This document shows positions 1 to 8,290 of a stretch of 64,000 nucleotides of DNA, piece by piece (the stretch's first letter is position 1; every line of letters starts with the position of its first letter). The translations under genes and the position numbers were made by a program. The notes beneath the pieces are model-generated. The model saw only the letters and a program-made list of their open reading frames with translations, ran no database searches and was not told where the DNA came from. Source of the stretch: Omnitrophica WOR_2 bacterium RIFCSPHIGHO2_02_FULL_50_17 (GTDB lineage: Bacteria > Omnitrophota > Gorgyraeia > Zapsychrales > Zapsychraceae); contig MHGQ01000032.1 of the NCBI GenBank assembly GCA_001805645.1, forward strand, positions 64,267 through 128,266. Direction: 5' to 3'.

Positions 1-1228
1 AGAGCAGTGTCCGCGTGTCATTATCTTTTATTTTTTGATCAATCATTTTCTTCAACTCCTGGAATTCCTCTTCTATCTTCTTGTTAACGCCCTCCCATTC
101 AACCTTCATATGTTGACGCAACTCATCACGCAAGTATTCCCTTTGTTCATCTATAATCTTAATAACATCTGCCATGCTTTCTGTCTTGGCCTTTTCAACA
201 ACTATTGCGAAATTCTGCAAATCTCCCATTCTTTCAACCACCCTGCTGCGATGAGACAAGTTAAAATTCTTCAAAAAAAGAAATGTATTGTCAGCAAACC
301 CCTGATCCTCCTTGGAGTAAAGACGCGCCGTCAATTCCACGGGCTTATCCCCATTCTCTTTAGATAGCACTACAGTATTATATTTTCGAAATTCTCCAAT
401 CACGTTCCTGAATTTCAACATTGATTCCAGCGCATTCTTGTCGGAATATCTGGCCAATCCCGCACCTAAAAGGCCGAGGAATCCAAGAAAAAATATTATT
501 TTACCCAAACGCGGCCAAGGGATGAACCTGAATAAAAACACAAAAAATAACACTGCAAAAGCAAAGATATGCCCCCAAACCCTGGCCCGACCGCCGGCAA
601 AAAAGAAATCAATAGTTAAAAAATTCTTTGGCTCAAAATAAAAGGCAGGTGTATACAAAAGAAGCGCAAGCAACACTAGCTTGAGCCATTCGTTTTTGGG
701 CCTGCGCACAAGTATCAACCCTAAAATAAGATACGGAAAAACGAAATAATTATTAATGCTAATAAAGAATTTTATAATTAACAAGGCCGCCAGCAACCAT
801 ACAACCACTAAACGACCAAATAACTTCCTGTCCCAGAATTCATATCCAATCAAGGCAAATAGCGCATAATAAAAAAGCGCCGCATTACGGAACGCAAGCG
901 GGTTATTCTGATAATCGTGATACCCTTTCAATGCTTTCCATAAAATCCATAAGAAATAAATCAGGATGCCTGCATGCGCCCAAGTGAGGCTCTTTTTCTC
1001 CAGCCTCCACTTGAGAGCAAGCAAAAGAAAACAAACCATCAACAGGATTTCACCAATAAACATGGGGAAATTAAGGAAGGAAGGTCTTAGGTTGAGTTGG
1101 GCGAAAGATTTTGTAAAGATTGAACAAAGCGCACTATACGTCACAATAAGATAAAAACCGACCGTCGAAACAAGCTGGACATTGAAGATGCCCTGAAAGA
1201 AACGAAGTGGTTTTAAGGAACTGCTCAA
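1..1228 (-). CDS. Integral membrane protein with multi-TM N-terminus and a soluble C-terminal domain, possibly O-antigen ligase/polymerase-like; 3' end runs off the window
   Basis: Manual minus-strand translation is open from ~1249 (stop TAA at 1250-1252 in this frame) down to position 1 and reads like a real protein (…VSTVGFYLIVTYSALCSIF…ILLMVCFLLLAL…then hydrophilic …KENGDKPVELTARLYSKEDQGF…). It is absent from the ORF track because there is no in-window stop. A likely TTG start at 1226-1228 overlaps the TGA stop of the upstream GT2 gene. Confidence 0.5.
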   Translation of the reverse strand, partial: MSSSLKPLRFFQGIFNVQLVSTVGFYLIVTYSALCSIFTKSFAQLNLRPSFLNFPMFIGEILLMVCFLLLALKWRLEKKSLTWAHAGILIYFLWILWKALKGYHDYQNNPLAFRNAALFYYALFALIGYEFWDRKLFGRLVVVWLLAALLIIKFFISINNYFVFPYLILGLILVRRPKNEWLKLVLLALLLYTPAFYFEPKNFLTIDFFFAGGRARVWGHIFAFAVLFFVFLFRFIPWPRLGKIIFFLGFLGLLGAGLARYSDKNALESMLKFRNVIGEFRKYNTVVLSKENGDKPVELTARLYSKEDQGFADNTFLFLKNFNLSHRSRVVERMGDLQNFAIVVEKAKTESMADVIKIIDEQREYLRDELRQHMKVEWEGVNKKIEEEFQELKKMIDQKIKDNDTRTLL

Positions 1229-2163
1229 CGTATCTGGCTCCCAATTTGTTTATAGTTTCTTATAATTTTGTGACTCAATCTTCTAACCAGATCCTTGCGC
1301 AACAGAAAGAAATGAACAGCCATAAAAATACTCTTTAAATTAAGCGGGTAAACTCGCGAAGATTTCACAATCTCTTCCTTAAATTGTTTCAATTCGCCAG
1401 AGATCAGATATGCCTGCGCATATCGCAAATGTAAACCGGAAAAAGCCCGCCCGCGGAAAGACTCATCACGCGCATTACGGGTAAAATATTTTTCCAAAAC
1501 TCTAACCTCTTCTGCTTTTGATGCTGATAAATTCTTCAAAATATAATTGTTGGAAACACGGTATTTTGTTAATGGCAATCCTATGTATCCGACTCCATAG
1601 TTTTCGGACAACCTCAGCCACATATCCCAATCTGCCGGGGCAAAAATCCCTTCATCAAACAGGCCTACCCGCTCAAAACACGTCTTTCTGACGACCACGG
1701 TGGAATTGCAGATATAATTTCTAAGCAATAAACGATGTGTAATGTTTCCAAGATGCCGACTTTGGGAGTGAGAATATTCTTCTAAAACCTGCCCCTTTTC
1801 ATCAATAAAATAGGCCGCTGTGTGCACCAACCCATAATTGGGGTGGGAATCGAGATATTCCACGCAAAATTTTATTTTTCCCGGCAAATACAAGTCATCA
1901 CTATCGAGGAAGCCTATATACTCCCCTTGGGCCAGGGTGATGCCGACATTTCGCGCCTTGCATGCACCTTCATTTTTTTTATGAACATACCTTACCCTGC
2001 GGTCTAACCCTTCAAACTTTTTGCGCGTATCATCGGTCGACTCATTATCTATGACAATGATTTCAATATTCTTATATGTCTGTTCCAGAACACTCTGGAC
2101 AGTTTCAAAAACTAATTCAGCTCGATTATGCGTTGTTATAACAACACTGACCAAAGGATTCAC
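1225..2163 (-). CDS. Glycosyltransferase family 2
   Basis: N-terminal VSVVITTHNRAELV…IIVIDNESTDDT…GFLDSDD motifs typical of GT-A fold GT2 enzymes. Confidence 0.85.
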   Translation of the reverse strand: MNPLVSVVITTHNRAELVFETVQSVLEQTYKNIEIIVIDNESTDDTRKKFEGLDRRVRYVHKKNEGACKARNVGITLAQGEYIGFLDSDDLYLPGKIKFCVEYLDSHPNYGLVHTAAYFIDEKGQVLEEYSHSQSRHLGNITHRLLLRNYICNSTVVVRKTCFERVGLFDEGIFAPADWDMWLRLSENYGVGYIGLPLTKYRVSNNYILKNLSASKAEEVRVLEKYFTRNARDESFRGRAFSGLHLRYAQAYLISGELKQFKEEIVKSSRVYPLNLKSIFMAVHFFLLRKDLVRRLSHKIIRNYKQIGSQIR

Positions 2164-2204
2164 AATGATCCATCCTTAAATGAAAAATCCATGACAAGCC
2201 ACGA

Positions 2205-3770
2205 CTATTGGCTCATGGGAACTCCAAAAGACTTTTCTTGGGCGGATGCTTCAAAATCTTCATCTTCATGGCTCCAGAATCTTTCAACGAATTCTGCCTT
2301 TAATTCATTGAAAATCCTGTTGCCCTCTGGAGTATTCTCTTCAGCGCGCTTAATATCCGGCCAACGCGATTTCGGAAACTTTACATACAGATTAAATGTT
2401 CTTAAAAGACCCCTTATCTTCTCCCTCGGGAACTGTGGCATTTCCAGAAGAGAACCGCTCACAAAGATCGAATGAACAACGTCACTTTCTTTAGTGTAAC
2501 CGAGTTCGTTGCAAATGGTCCGCAAAGGAGTCCCGGCAAAAGGAGTGAATGCATAGGCATTACGATCGGCGGAATCGATCTGACGATTCAGTTCAATGGT
2601 ATCGAAAGCCAACTCATAAGTTTCGTGCGGAAAACCCATAACATTATTAACACTAAAAGGGATACCGACATCATTGAGGATCTTAAAATTTCGTATCATT
2701 AATTCATTGGAAACTACCCGTTTTAAAACCCGTTTCCGAAATTCTTCATTCCCATGCTCAACGCCGAAAGAAATACGTGCGCAGCCTAGCTCCTTTAGTT
2801 TTTTGAACCTCTCATAAATCACTGTCTCAACTCTTGTCTGACACCAGAAGGGCAAACCAATATTCTCATACATTTCAGCAAACTCTTCAAATTCTCCCTG
2901 CTTCCAAGAGAAAAAAGTGTCCGCCCAGAAATATAAATATTCGGCCTTCATTTCTTCTTTATAAAAGAGCAATTCCCTACGCATATTTTCAAAAGTCTTC
3001 CTGCGAAGGTAAGACTTTCCTTCTTCTTCCTGGTACAACTTCATCTGGGAGGGGGAATTACAGTAAGTACACGTGTATGGGCATCCACGATGCGTTTCCA
3101 CGGGAAACATTCGCCAAACCCGTCCGCCCATCGGTCTGTAAAATCTGGCTTCCTCAAAAATAGACATATCAATAAGCGGATTAGCATTCATATCAACCAT
3201 ACGCGTATTGTTTACCTTAATTGTCCCATCCTTTCGCTTCACCCAAAGATTAGGTATATCTTCATAAGATTGTCCGCTTTGCAGTCGTTCACACAATGTC
3301 CTAAGCGCATCCTCCCCTTCTCCTTTGCACACAAGGTCAATTTCAGGATAACTCAAAGCCAATTTTGGAGCGAAAGTAGCAAAAACACCCCCCAAAATAG
3401 TTAAAGGTTTATCTTTCCCCAATGTCCTTAAAAGCTTTATTCCCAACAAAAACATATCTTCAGTAGCCGACATCGCCAATAAATCCGGCCCGAATGCTCT
3501 AACCTCATTGTTGAAATCTGTGAAAACATTGGTTGTTTTTATAGTCACCTCGTTAGGCATTTTAAAAGGTCTGGCCATAAGTTTCTCCACTTTCATCTGA
3601 TCCGAATCGGCCTCAGCATGTTCGTCATCAAGTCGCTCATAATATGTCGTATCAAACAATTTAACCGTGAATCCTTGTTGTTTCAAAACTGCCGATAACA
3701 ATCCGATGGCAGGAGGCAACATGTTCATCCCCCTTAAATTTGGGTAAATTAGCATTACTTTAAGTGACAT
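2205..3770 (-). CDS. B12-binding (class B) radical SAM protein
   Basis: N-terminal Rossmann-like cobalamin-binding region (MLIYPNL…GLLSAVLKQQGFTVKLFD) followed by radical SAM CxxxCxxC cluster (HRGCPYTCTYC); 521 aa. Confidence 0.8.
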   Translation of the reverse strand: MSLKVMLIYPNLRGMNMLPPAIGLLSAVLKQQGFTVKLFDTTYYERLDDEHAEADSDQMKVEKLMARPFKMPNEVTIKTTNVFTDFNNEVRAFGPDLLAMSATEDMFLLGIKLLRTLGKDKPLTILGGVFATFAPKLALSYPEIDLVCKGEGEDALRTLCERLQSGQSYEDIPNLWVKRKDGTIKVNNTRMVDMNANPLIDMSIFEEARFYRPMGGRVWRMFPVETHRGCPYTCTYCNSPSQMKLYQEEEGKSYLRRKTFENMRRELLFYKEEMKAEYLYFWADTFFSWKQGEFEEFAEMYENIGLPFWCQTRVETVIYERFKKLKELGCARISFGVEHGNEEFRKRVLKRVVSNELMIRNFKILNDVGIPFSVNNVMGFPHETYELAFDTIELNRQIDSADRNAYAFTPFAGTPLRTICNELGYTKESDVVHSIFVSGSLLEMPQFPREKIRGLLRTFNLYVKFPKSRWPDIKRAEENTPEGNRIFNELKAEFVERFWSHEDEDFEASAQEKSFGVPMSQ

Positions 3771-3809
3771 AATAAGATTTCCTTTATTGAGATTATTTCA
3801 CCGTCCAGG

Positions 3810-3839
3810 ATAATACATGCGCCTAGATGACGAAGTAAA
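3810..3839 (-). promoter_or_regulatory. Possible sigma70-like internal promoter upstream of the radical SAM gene (-35 TTTACT, 18-nt spacer, -10 TATTAT on minus strand); RBS AAGGAA 9 nt before the ATG at 3770
   Basis: Read directly from the minus strand of the 222-bp gap at 3771-3992; weak match to consensus. Confidence 0.25.
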
Positions 3840-3849
3840 GAAAAGTCCT

Positions 3850-3978
3850 AATTCCTGACTATCCACCACTAAAAGTGGTGGCCTTACGCCAGGAATTTCG
3901 GCTTCGCCGATCGGACTTTTCAAAAACATTAATAATTGGTTTAGCCATTTGTCCATCACCACCTGCTTAGCAGGTGGT
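3850..3978. repeat. Structured intergenic element: a nested palindrome (outer stem AATTCCTG/CAGGAATT at 3850-3857/3890-3897 enclosing hairpin CCACCAC-taaaa-GTGGTGG at 3863-3881) plus a second 9-bp GC-rich hairpin CACCACCTGC-tta-GCAGGTGGT at 3957-3978
   Basis: Seen directly in sequence. The CCACC/GGTGG core is used three times. The second hairpin lies 15 nt past the HAD gene stop, but no U-tract follows on the transcribed strand. Confidence 0.4.
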
Positions 3979-3992
3979 TTAATCAGTCTGAA

Positions 3993-4661
3993 TTAATTTT
4001 CTATCGTTGGGATCAATTTCTGTCGCCGCAAGACAACCTCGAGCTCTTTGATATTTCTGATAATCTGCCCTTCGCTTAAACCCGTAAAAGGGTTAGCATC
4101 TCCCTGATATATCCTCCCGACGAAGGTCACCCCTGCTTTCATGGCTCCCTGCTGATCGTTAACTGAATCACCGATAAAGACAACCTGTTCTCTAGCGAGG
4201 TTATTCTGCCGCAAGATCGTGGTAATCAATTCGTCTTTAACTCGTGGGGAACCATAGACTCCCTTGAAAAAAGCATCCAATTTTCTGTCAAGAACCAATG
4301 AACTCATTTCCTCCTGAGGGGTTCCTGAAACAATAAAAAAAAATAATTTATCATGATATTTCTTCAGGAATTCATATGCCCCCTCGACAAAAGGGCATGC
4401 CGCGACTTCCGCATAACAATACTCAGAGAACATTTGTCCCAGCCTTCGGGATTCCTGTTCCGTCAATTCTTTCTTCAGGATATCTTTAAAAATCAATTCA
4501 AACTTTTTATAACGGCTCATCCCGCCGTTGTCGATGTGGATCTTGAGTATTTCATCCAGTTTATCAGGATAATTCTCGAACAGCTTGCGGAATGCCTTCG
4601 TTTTCGCTGCCAGCGATTCGCAGATCACACCGTCAAAATCAAAAATAATCGCTCTTAACAT
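3993..4661 (-). CDS. HAD-superfamily hydrolase (phosphatase / beta-phosphoglucomutase-like)
   Basis: HAD motif I IIFDFDGVICES at the N-terminus; size 222 aa; C-terminal GDSVNDQQGA (motif IV-like). Confidence 0.8.
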   Translation of the reverse strand: MLRAIIFDFDGVICESLAAKTKAFRKLFENYPDKLDEILKIHIDNGGMSRYKKFELIFKDILKKELTEQESRRLGQMFSEYCYAEVAACPFVEGAYEFLKKYHDKLFFFIVSGTPQEEMSSLVLDRKLDAFFKGVYGSPRVKDELITTILRQNNLAREQVVFIGDSVNDQQGAMKAGVTFVGRIYQGDANPFTGLSEGQIIRNIKELEVVLRRQKLIPTIEN

Positions 4662-5530
4662 GGAGAGGTAAATAAAGTCTCCTCGTCATTCTCAATAAAC
4701 ACAGTTTGTCCAATAAGAGGATCGAACTTTTCGATAATTTTGTCCATATTAATACTTTTTATCTCCTCGGGCGATACACATCCCGATAGTTTGAACACCG
4801 TTCCAAGACGCCCAAGCCACAAAGCAATGGGCAAAGGCACCTTCAAAAAGCGAACAGGCCGTTTTTCTCTCAAAAGATTTTCGATGATTGCGCGATAAGA
4901 ATACTTTTTTACCCCCACAACATTTATGGTCTCATCGCGAAAGTCACCACTATTTAGTTTTGACAATAAAATCTCAACTAACGACGATATCGCAACAGGC
5001 TGAACTTTCCCCTGCTGAGGCCCCAACAATGGGAAAAAAGAAAATCTCCCATAAAATGTCCTGATTCTTCTTACAGATGGTGAGCCCCCTCCGATCACAA
5101 GTGGGACGCGAATAATTAAATAATGCAACCTCCGCTTTTTAAGTGATTCTTCACATATCTTCTTTGATCGCGCATATCCTCCCAGGGCATTCTCAAATAA
5201 TACATTCACAGAACTCACGTAGAGAACGGGAACATTCAATGATTCGGCGATATTAAAAATATTCTCGGAACTTCGGATATTGTTTTGCTCAATGCCTAAT
5301 GAACTACCGCGAATATGCGCCGCCAGATGCGCAATAATATCGATCCGCCGGCCTTTTATATCTTCAAGATTGACGGCGCGAAGGTCCTTCTGAATAAGCT
5401 CCTCATTATTATAATCAAGATCCTTTGCCCGATGACGAACGACAGAGATTACTTTATGTGTCTTCTTTAAATGCCGAACCAGTTCCCGCCCGATAAAACC
5501 ATTCCTGCCTGTTACCAGAACCGTGCTCAT
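4655..5530 (-). CDS. NAD-dependent epimerase/dehydratase (extended SDR)
   Basis: VLVTGRNGFIGRELV Rossmann motif. The probable real start MSTVLVTG at 5530 overlaps the upstream stop (ATGA-type overlap); the longer ORF to 5575 is likely an over-extension. Confidence 0.8.
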   Translation of the reverse strand: MSTVLVTGRNGFIGRELVRHLKKTHKVISVVRHRAKDLDYNNEELIQKDLRAVNLEDIKGRRIDIIAHLAAHIRGSSLGIEQNNIRSSENIFNIAESLNVPVLYVSSVNVLFENALGGYARSKKICEESLKKRRLHYLIIRVPLVIGGGSPSVRRIRTFYGRFSFFPLLGPQQGKVQPVAISSLVEILLSKLNSGDFRDETINVVGVKKYSYRAIIENLLREKRPVRFLKVPLPIALWLGRLGTVFKLSGCVSPEEIKSINMDKIIEKFDPLIGQTVFIENDEETLFTSPC

Positions 5531-6864
5531 CAGAAGACCGTCTTTAGCAGCCTGCCGGTATGCTTTAACATCCACTTGGGCCTGAAATAATATTCCACAT
5601 ACGCGTTGCTTGTTATTTTGTCGAGAAAATCTTTAGTAAGCGTATCATGCCCCCAGACAAGGTTGGAATAATTGAACTCTTGCCAATCGAGGCCGAGCAA
5701 TCTGTTTTTATAATCATCGAATATCTTGGTGCCAGGCTGCGGTGTGAAGACATGAAAAGTCGCGAACATGGAATTAAGCTGTTTTGCATACTCGATAGTT
5801 TTATAAACACTTTCCTGCGTCTCATGGGGAAACCCCAAAATGTAATTGGTCTGGACAATCACACCCGATCTTTCTAACACTTTGAGCTTTCTGAAGGCGT
5901 CTTCTTTCTTGATCGGCCTTCTGAGATTTTGTTTAAGCAACTCTTCATCGCTGCTTTCTATTCCAGTGATAATGTAACGTAATCCCGCTTTCGCCATGAG
6001 TCCAAAATCGCTGTCTTCTTTGAACGTATCAAGACGCGCCTCGCAACTCCAGTTTATTTTCAAACCGCTATTAATCAATTTTTCCATGAAAACATGGAAC
6101 TCTTTCCGGTTCTCCCCAAAATTAGGGTCACGAAACATAAAATAATTGATCTGATGTCTATCATGATAATGTTCAAGCATCTTCAGAACATAATCACTGT
6201 CGAAATGCCTTGCCTTGCCATAAAAAGCAGCGTAGGGACAGTAATTGCAGGTCATACTGCAACCCCGGGACTTCTGGATCCCCACGCCCAACTCCTTTGA
6301 AAATGGTCGTCGGGCATAATAGCCGTTACGCATAAACGGCTCCCAATTCAACATAGGAAGAGTGTTTAAATCTTCGGGCCTTTCAGAAACGATAATTTTC
6401 TCGACTGGAAATCCTTCCGAAAGAATTTTCTGGACAGCCAATTCTGAATCTCCTTTAATGATACAATCTGCCTCCCCCGCATAGATCTCAGGCATAGCTG
6501 AGGCAAAAGAACCCACGACGATCACTTTTAAGCGAGGTAAAAGCGTTTTTATCCCGCGAATAAAATTGACTTCATTGTGATAGTCGACCATGCTGCTTAA
6601 AACAATGGCGATATCGGTATCTCTTTCGATGTCCTCAATACGGGCGATGTGGTAAGCTTTTATTCCATGATTGCATGCCATTGCCACTCCAGCCAGTGAC
6701 GCTAAACTAATTGGAGGAGCGATGAAACTATTGGTCAACTGATTGCGCAGAAATGTCGCCCAGAAATTATTACCCAGGGTGATCCTCTTGCCCAATCCTC
6801 CCGCCATTTCTTTGGCGATGTATTCATTCTGGATCGGCTTTACCTCTATTAAAGCGACCTTCAT
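5530..6864 (-). CDS. B12-binding (class B) radical SAM protein
   Basis: CxxxCxxC (SRGCSMTCNYC) after an N-terminal B12-binding-like domain. The likely start MKVALIEV at 6864 is preceded by AGGAG 6 nt upstream. The ORF-track N-terminal extension to 6954 overlaps the IS transposase and is probably not translated. Confidence 0.8.
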   Translation of the reverse strand: MKVALIEVKPIQNEYIAKEMAGGLGKRITLGNNFWATFLRNQLTNSFIAPPISLASLAGVAMACNHGIKAYHIARIEDIERDTDIAIVLSSMVDYHNEVNFIRGIKTLLPRLKVIVVGSFASAMPEIYAGEADCIIKGDSELAVQKILSEGFPVEKIIVSERPEDLNTLPMLNWEPFMRNGYYARRPFSKELGVGIQKSRGCSMTCNYCPYAAFYGKARHFDSDYVLKMLEHYHDRHQINYFMFRDPNFGENRKEFHVFMEKLINSGLKINWSCEARLDTFKEDSDFGLMAKAGLRYIITGIESSDEELLKQNLRRPIKKEDAFRKLKVLERSGVIVQTNYILGFPHETQESVYKTIEYAKQLNSMFATFHVFTPQPGTKIFDDYKNRLLGLDWQEFNYSNLVWGHDTLTKDFLDKITSNAYVEYYFRPKWMLKHTGRLLKTVF

Positions 6865-6879
6865 TATTGCTCCTATGTT

Positions 6880-8290
6880 AAAAGTCACCGATCCTACTCG
6901 GCTGATATTGCTAAGAACAACTGAGCGCCAATTTATAATTCCCGAAGTCTTCAAAGACCCAATTGTTCTTTAGCGTGTTATAAACTATCCCGAGCAATTT
7001 CCTGGCCGTCGCAATGATCGCCTTGCCCGAGCCCTTCTTCGCCTTCAAACTGTCGTAAAAAGCCCTCAAATAAGGGCTGTACCGGATCGCTATTAACGTC
7101 GATTGAACCAGCGCCGTCCGCGCGATCTTGTTACCCATCTTGGTAATGCGCCCCATATGTACCGTTTCATTCGAGGCGTAGATCCTCGGCATAATCCCAA
7201 AATAGCTCGCCAGCGCTTTCTCGTCCCGGAAGTACTTGACATCCCCGATGGCGTTCAAAAGGATCGTCCCGCTCAAGCCGCCGATCCCGGCGATGCTGGT
7301 TACGCCCTCGTAACCTTTCAACGTCCGGCCACGGTCATTGATCTGTCCATCGATCTTCGCGATCGCTTCATTCAGGTGCCGGATCTCGCCCACAATGATC
7401 TCCAGCTCGAACTGATACGACGCGTCCAGCCCTTTCCCTAAAACCTTCTCCAGGCTCTTGTCCGAAGTTAATAACTCCGTCTTCGTGACGATCCCGTTCG
7501 CGTTGAGAATATTATGCACTTTGTTCTTCAACGCGGTCCGCAGCTTCACCAGCTTGTCCCGCGTCCCGATCAACGACCCCAATTGACTTTCGGCTTTTGT
7601 CTTCATCCGAACCTCGGGAATCATGTCCTTGCTTAAAAACCTGGCGATCTTTAACGCGTCCTCGTCATCCATCTTCTTCACCGACTCCGCAATGATCTTA
7701 AACTGGAACGGATTGATCACCCTGATGCGCTTAATTTCGCCCTCGATCGCCCGGACAAAATGTCCCGTATTGCCCGTCGATTCAACCGCCACCTCATCCG
7801 TCTTCTTTAACCCTTTCTTAAAACCTTCCAGCCCTTTGACACTTACGCGATGAGTTTCAAAATCATACTTCTTGTCATTCTCGTAATAACAAACCCGAAA
7901 ACTATTCTTGTGCAAATCTACCCCGATCTTTCTTCTCATTTTCTCCCTCCGCTTTATTTTGGTTTAACCACAGCGGAGTAGAATCTTAGTCGGTGAACAC
8001 CATTCTCCTATCCAGGGTCAATGCCCTATGGTGACCATTCGATCATAGGCACCAGCTAATCTCCTTTACGGGGTCTGTGCCCCAGACAGTGCATCCAGCC
8101 CATGACCTATCTACTCCGAGTAATTCATATTACCCGAAGTTCTTCACCAACGTTCAATCAACTTTTAACGTATCATCTCCTTTTGCTGAACTGCGAACTG
8201 ACCCACCTCAGCCAAGGGAGGGGTTTCCCTGGTCTCTCCAGTTGAAACCTGCGGGGACCTCTCTTGAGGTTTCCGGAGGGCCTCCCAAAA
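6880..8290 (-). mobile_element. IS110-family insertion sequence (boundaries approximate)
   Basis: Contains an IS110-type transposase gene. The segment is visibly GC-richer than its flanks. It has the typical IS110 layout with ~250-350 bp non-coding leader upstream of the transposase and no obvious terminal inverted repeats. Confidence 0.65.
6911..7939 (-). CDS. IS110-family transposase (DEDD N-terminal domain + Transposase_20 C-terminal domain)
   Basis: 342 aa: MRRKIGVDLHKNSFRVCYYE…(DEDD-type N-terminus) and C-terminal …YFGIMPRIYASNETVHMGRITKMGNKIARTALVQSTLIAIRYSPYLRAFYDSLKAKKGSGKAIIATARKLLGIVYNTLKN characteristic of IS110/IS1111 transposases. Confidence 0.85.
   Translation of the reverse strand: MRRKIGVDLHKNSFRVCYYENDKKYDFETHRVSVKGLEGFKKGLKKTDEVAVESTGNTGHFVRAIEGEIKRIRVINPFQFKIIAESVKKMDDEDALKIARFLSKDMIPEVRMKTKAESQLGSLIGTRDKLVKLRTALKNKVHNILNANGIVTKTELLTSDKSLEKVLGKGLDASYQFELEIIVGEIRHLNEAIAKIDGQINDRGRTLKGYEGVTSIAGIGGLSGTILLNAIGDVKYFRDEKALASYFGIMPRIYASNETVHMGRITKMGNKIARTALVQSTLIAIRYSPYLRAFYDSLKAKKGSGKAIIATARKLLGIVYNTLKNNWVFEDFGNYKLALSCS

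Noticed and set aside
35-1154. Plus-strand ORFs 35..367, 438..641 and 966..1154, and most other plus-strand ORFs in the track (for example 4353..4658, 13256..13684, 18870..19352, 43035..43559, 60989..61528)
   Set aside because: They lie antisense to well-supported minus-strand genes, have low-complexity or odd composition and no motifs. They are shadow ORFs.
3957-3978. GC-rich hairpin 15 nt after the HAD gene stop, as a rho-independent terminator
   Set aside because: On the transcribed (minus) strand the stem is followed by GAUGGACAAAUGG rather than a U-tract, so it is not a canonical intrinsic terminator. It is kept only as a structured element.
4326-4334. A9/T9 homopolymer inside the HAD gene (encodes FFF) and other 7-8 nt A/T runs (24895, 25611, 29283, 44120) as phase-variation tracts
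   Set aside because: All are currently in-frame in an AT-rich genome. Only the A7 run at ~36898-36904 coincides with an actual frameshift, and that is reported separately.
5613-5858. Small minus-strand ORFs nested in other frames of larger genes (5613..5858, 9004..9231, 9334..9579, 10736..10975, 12057..12311, 14224..14520, 14823..15083, 16503..16712, 18947..19183, 29273..29656, 31365..31757, 40663..40935, 41665..41868, 41899..42117, 43831..44028, 46815..47210, 51275..51484, 53967..54185, 57509..57700, 57743..58003, 59277..59498, 60555..60794, 61246..61473, 62001..62234, 63014..63280)
   Set aside because: Each overlaps a longer, motif-supported CDS in another frame, so they are spurious alternative-frame ORFs.
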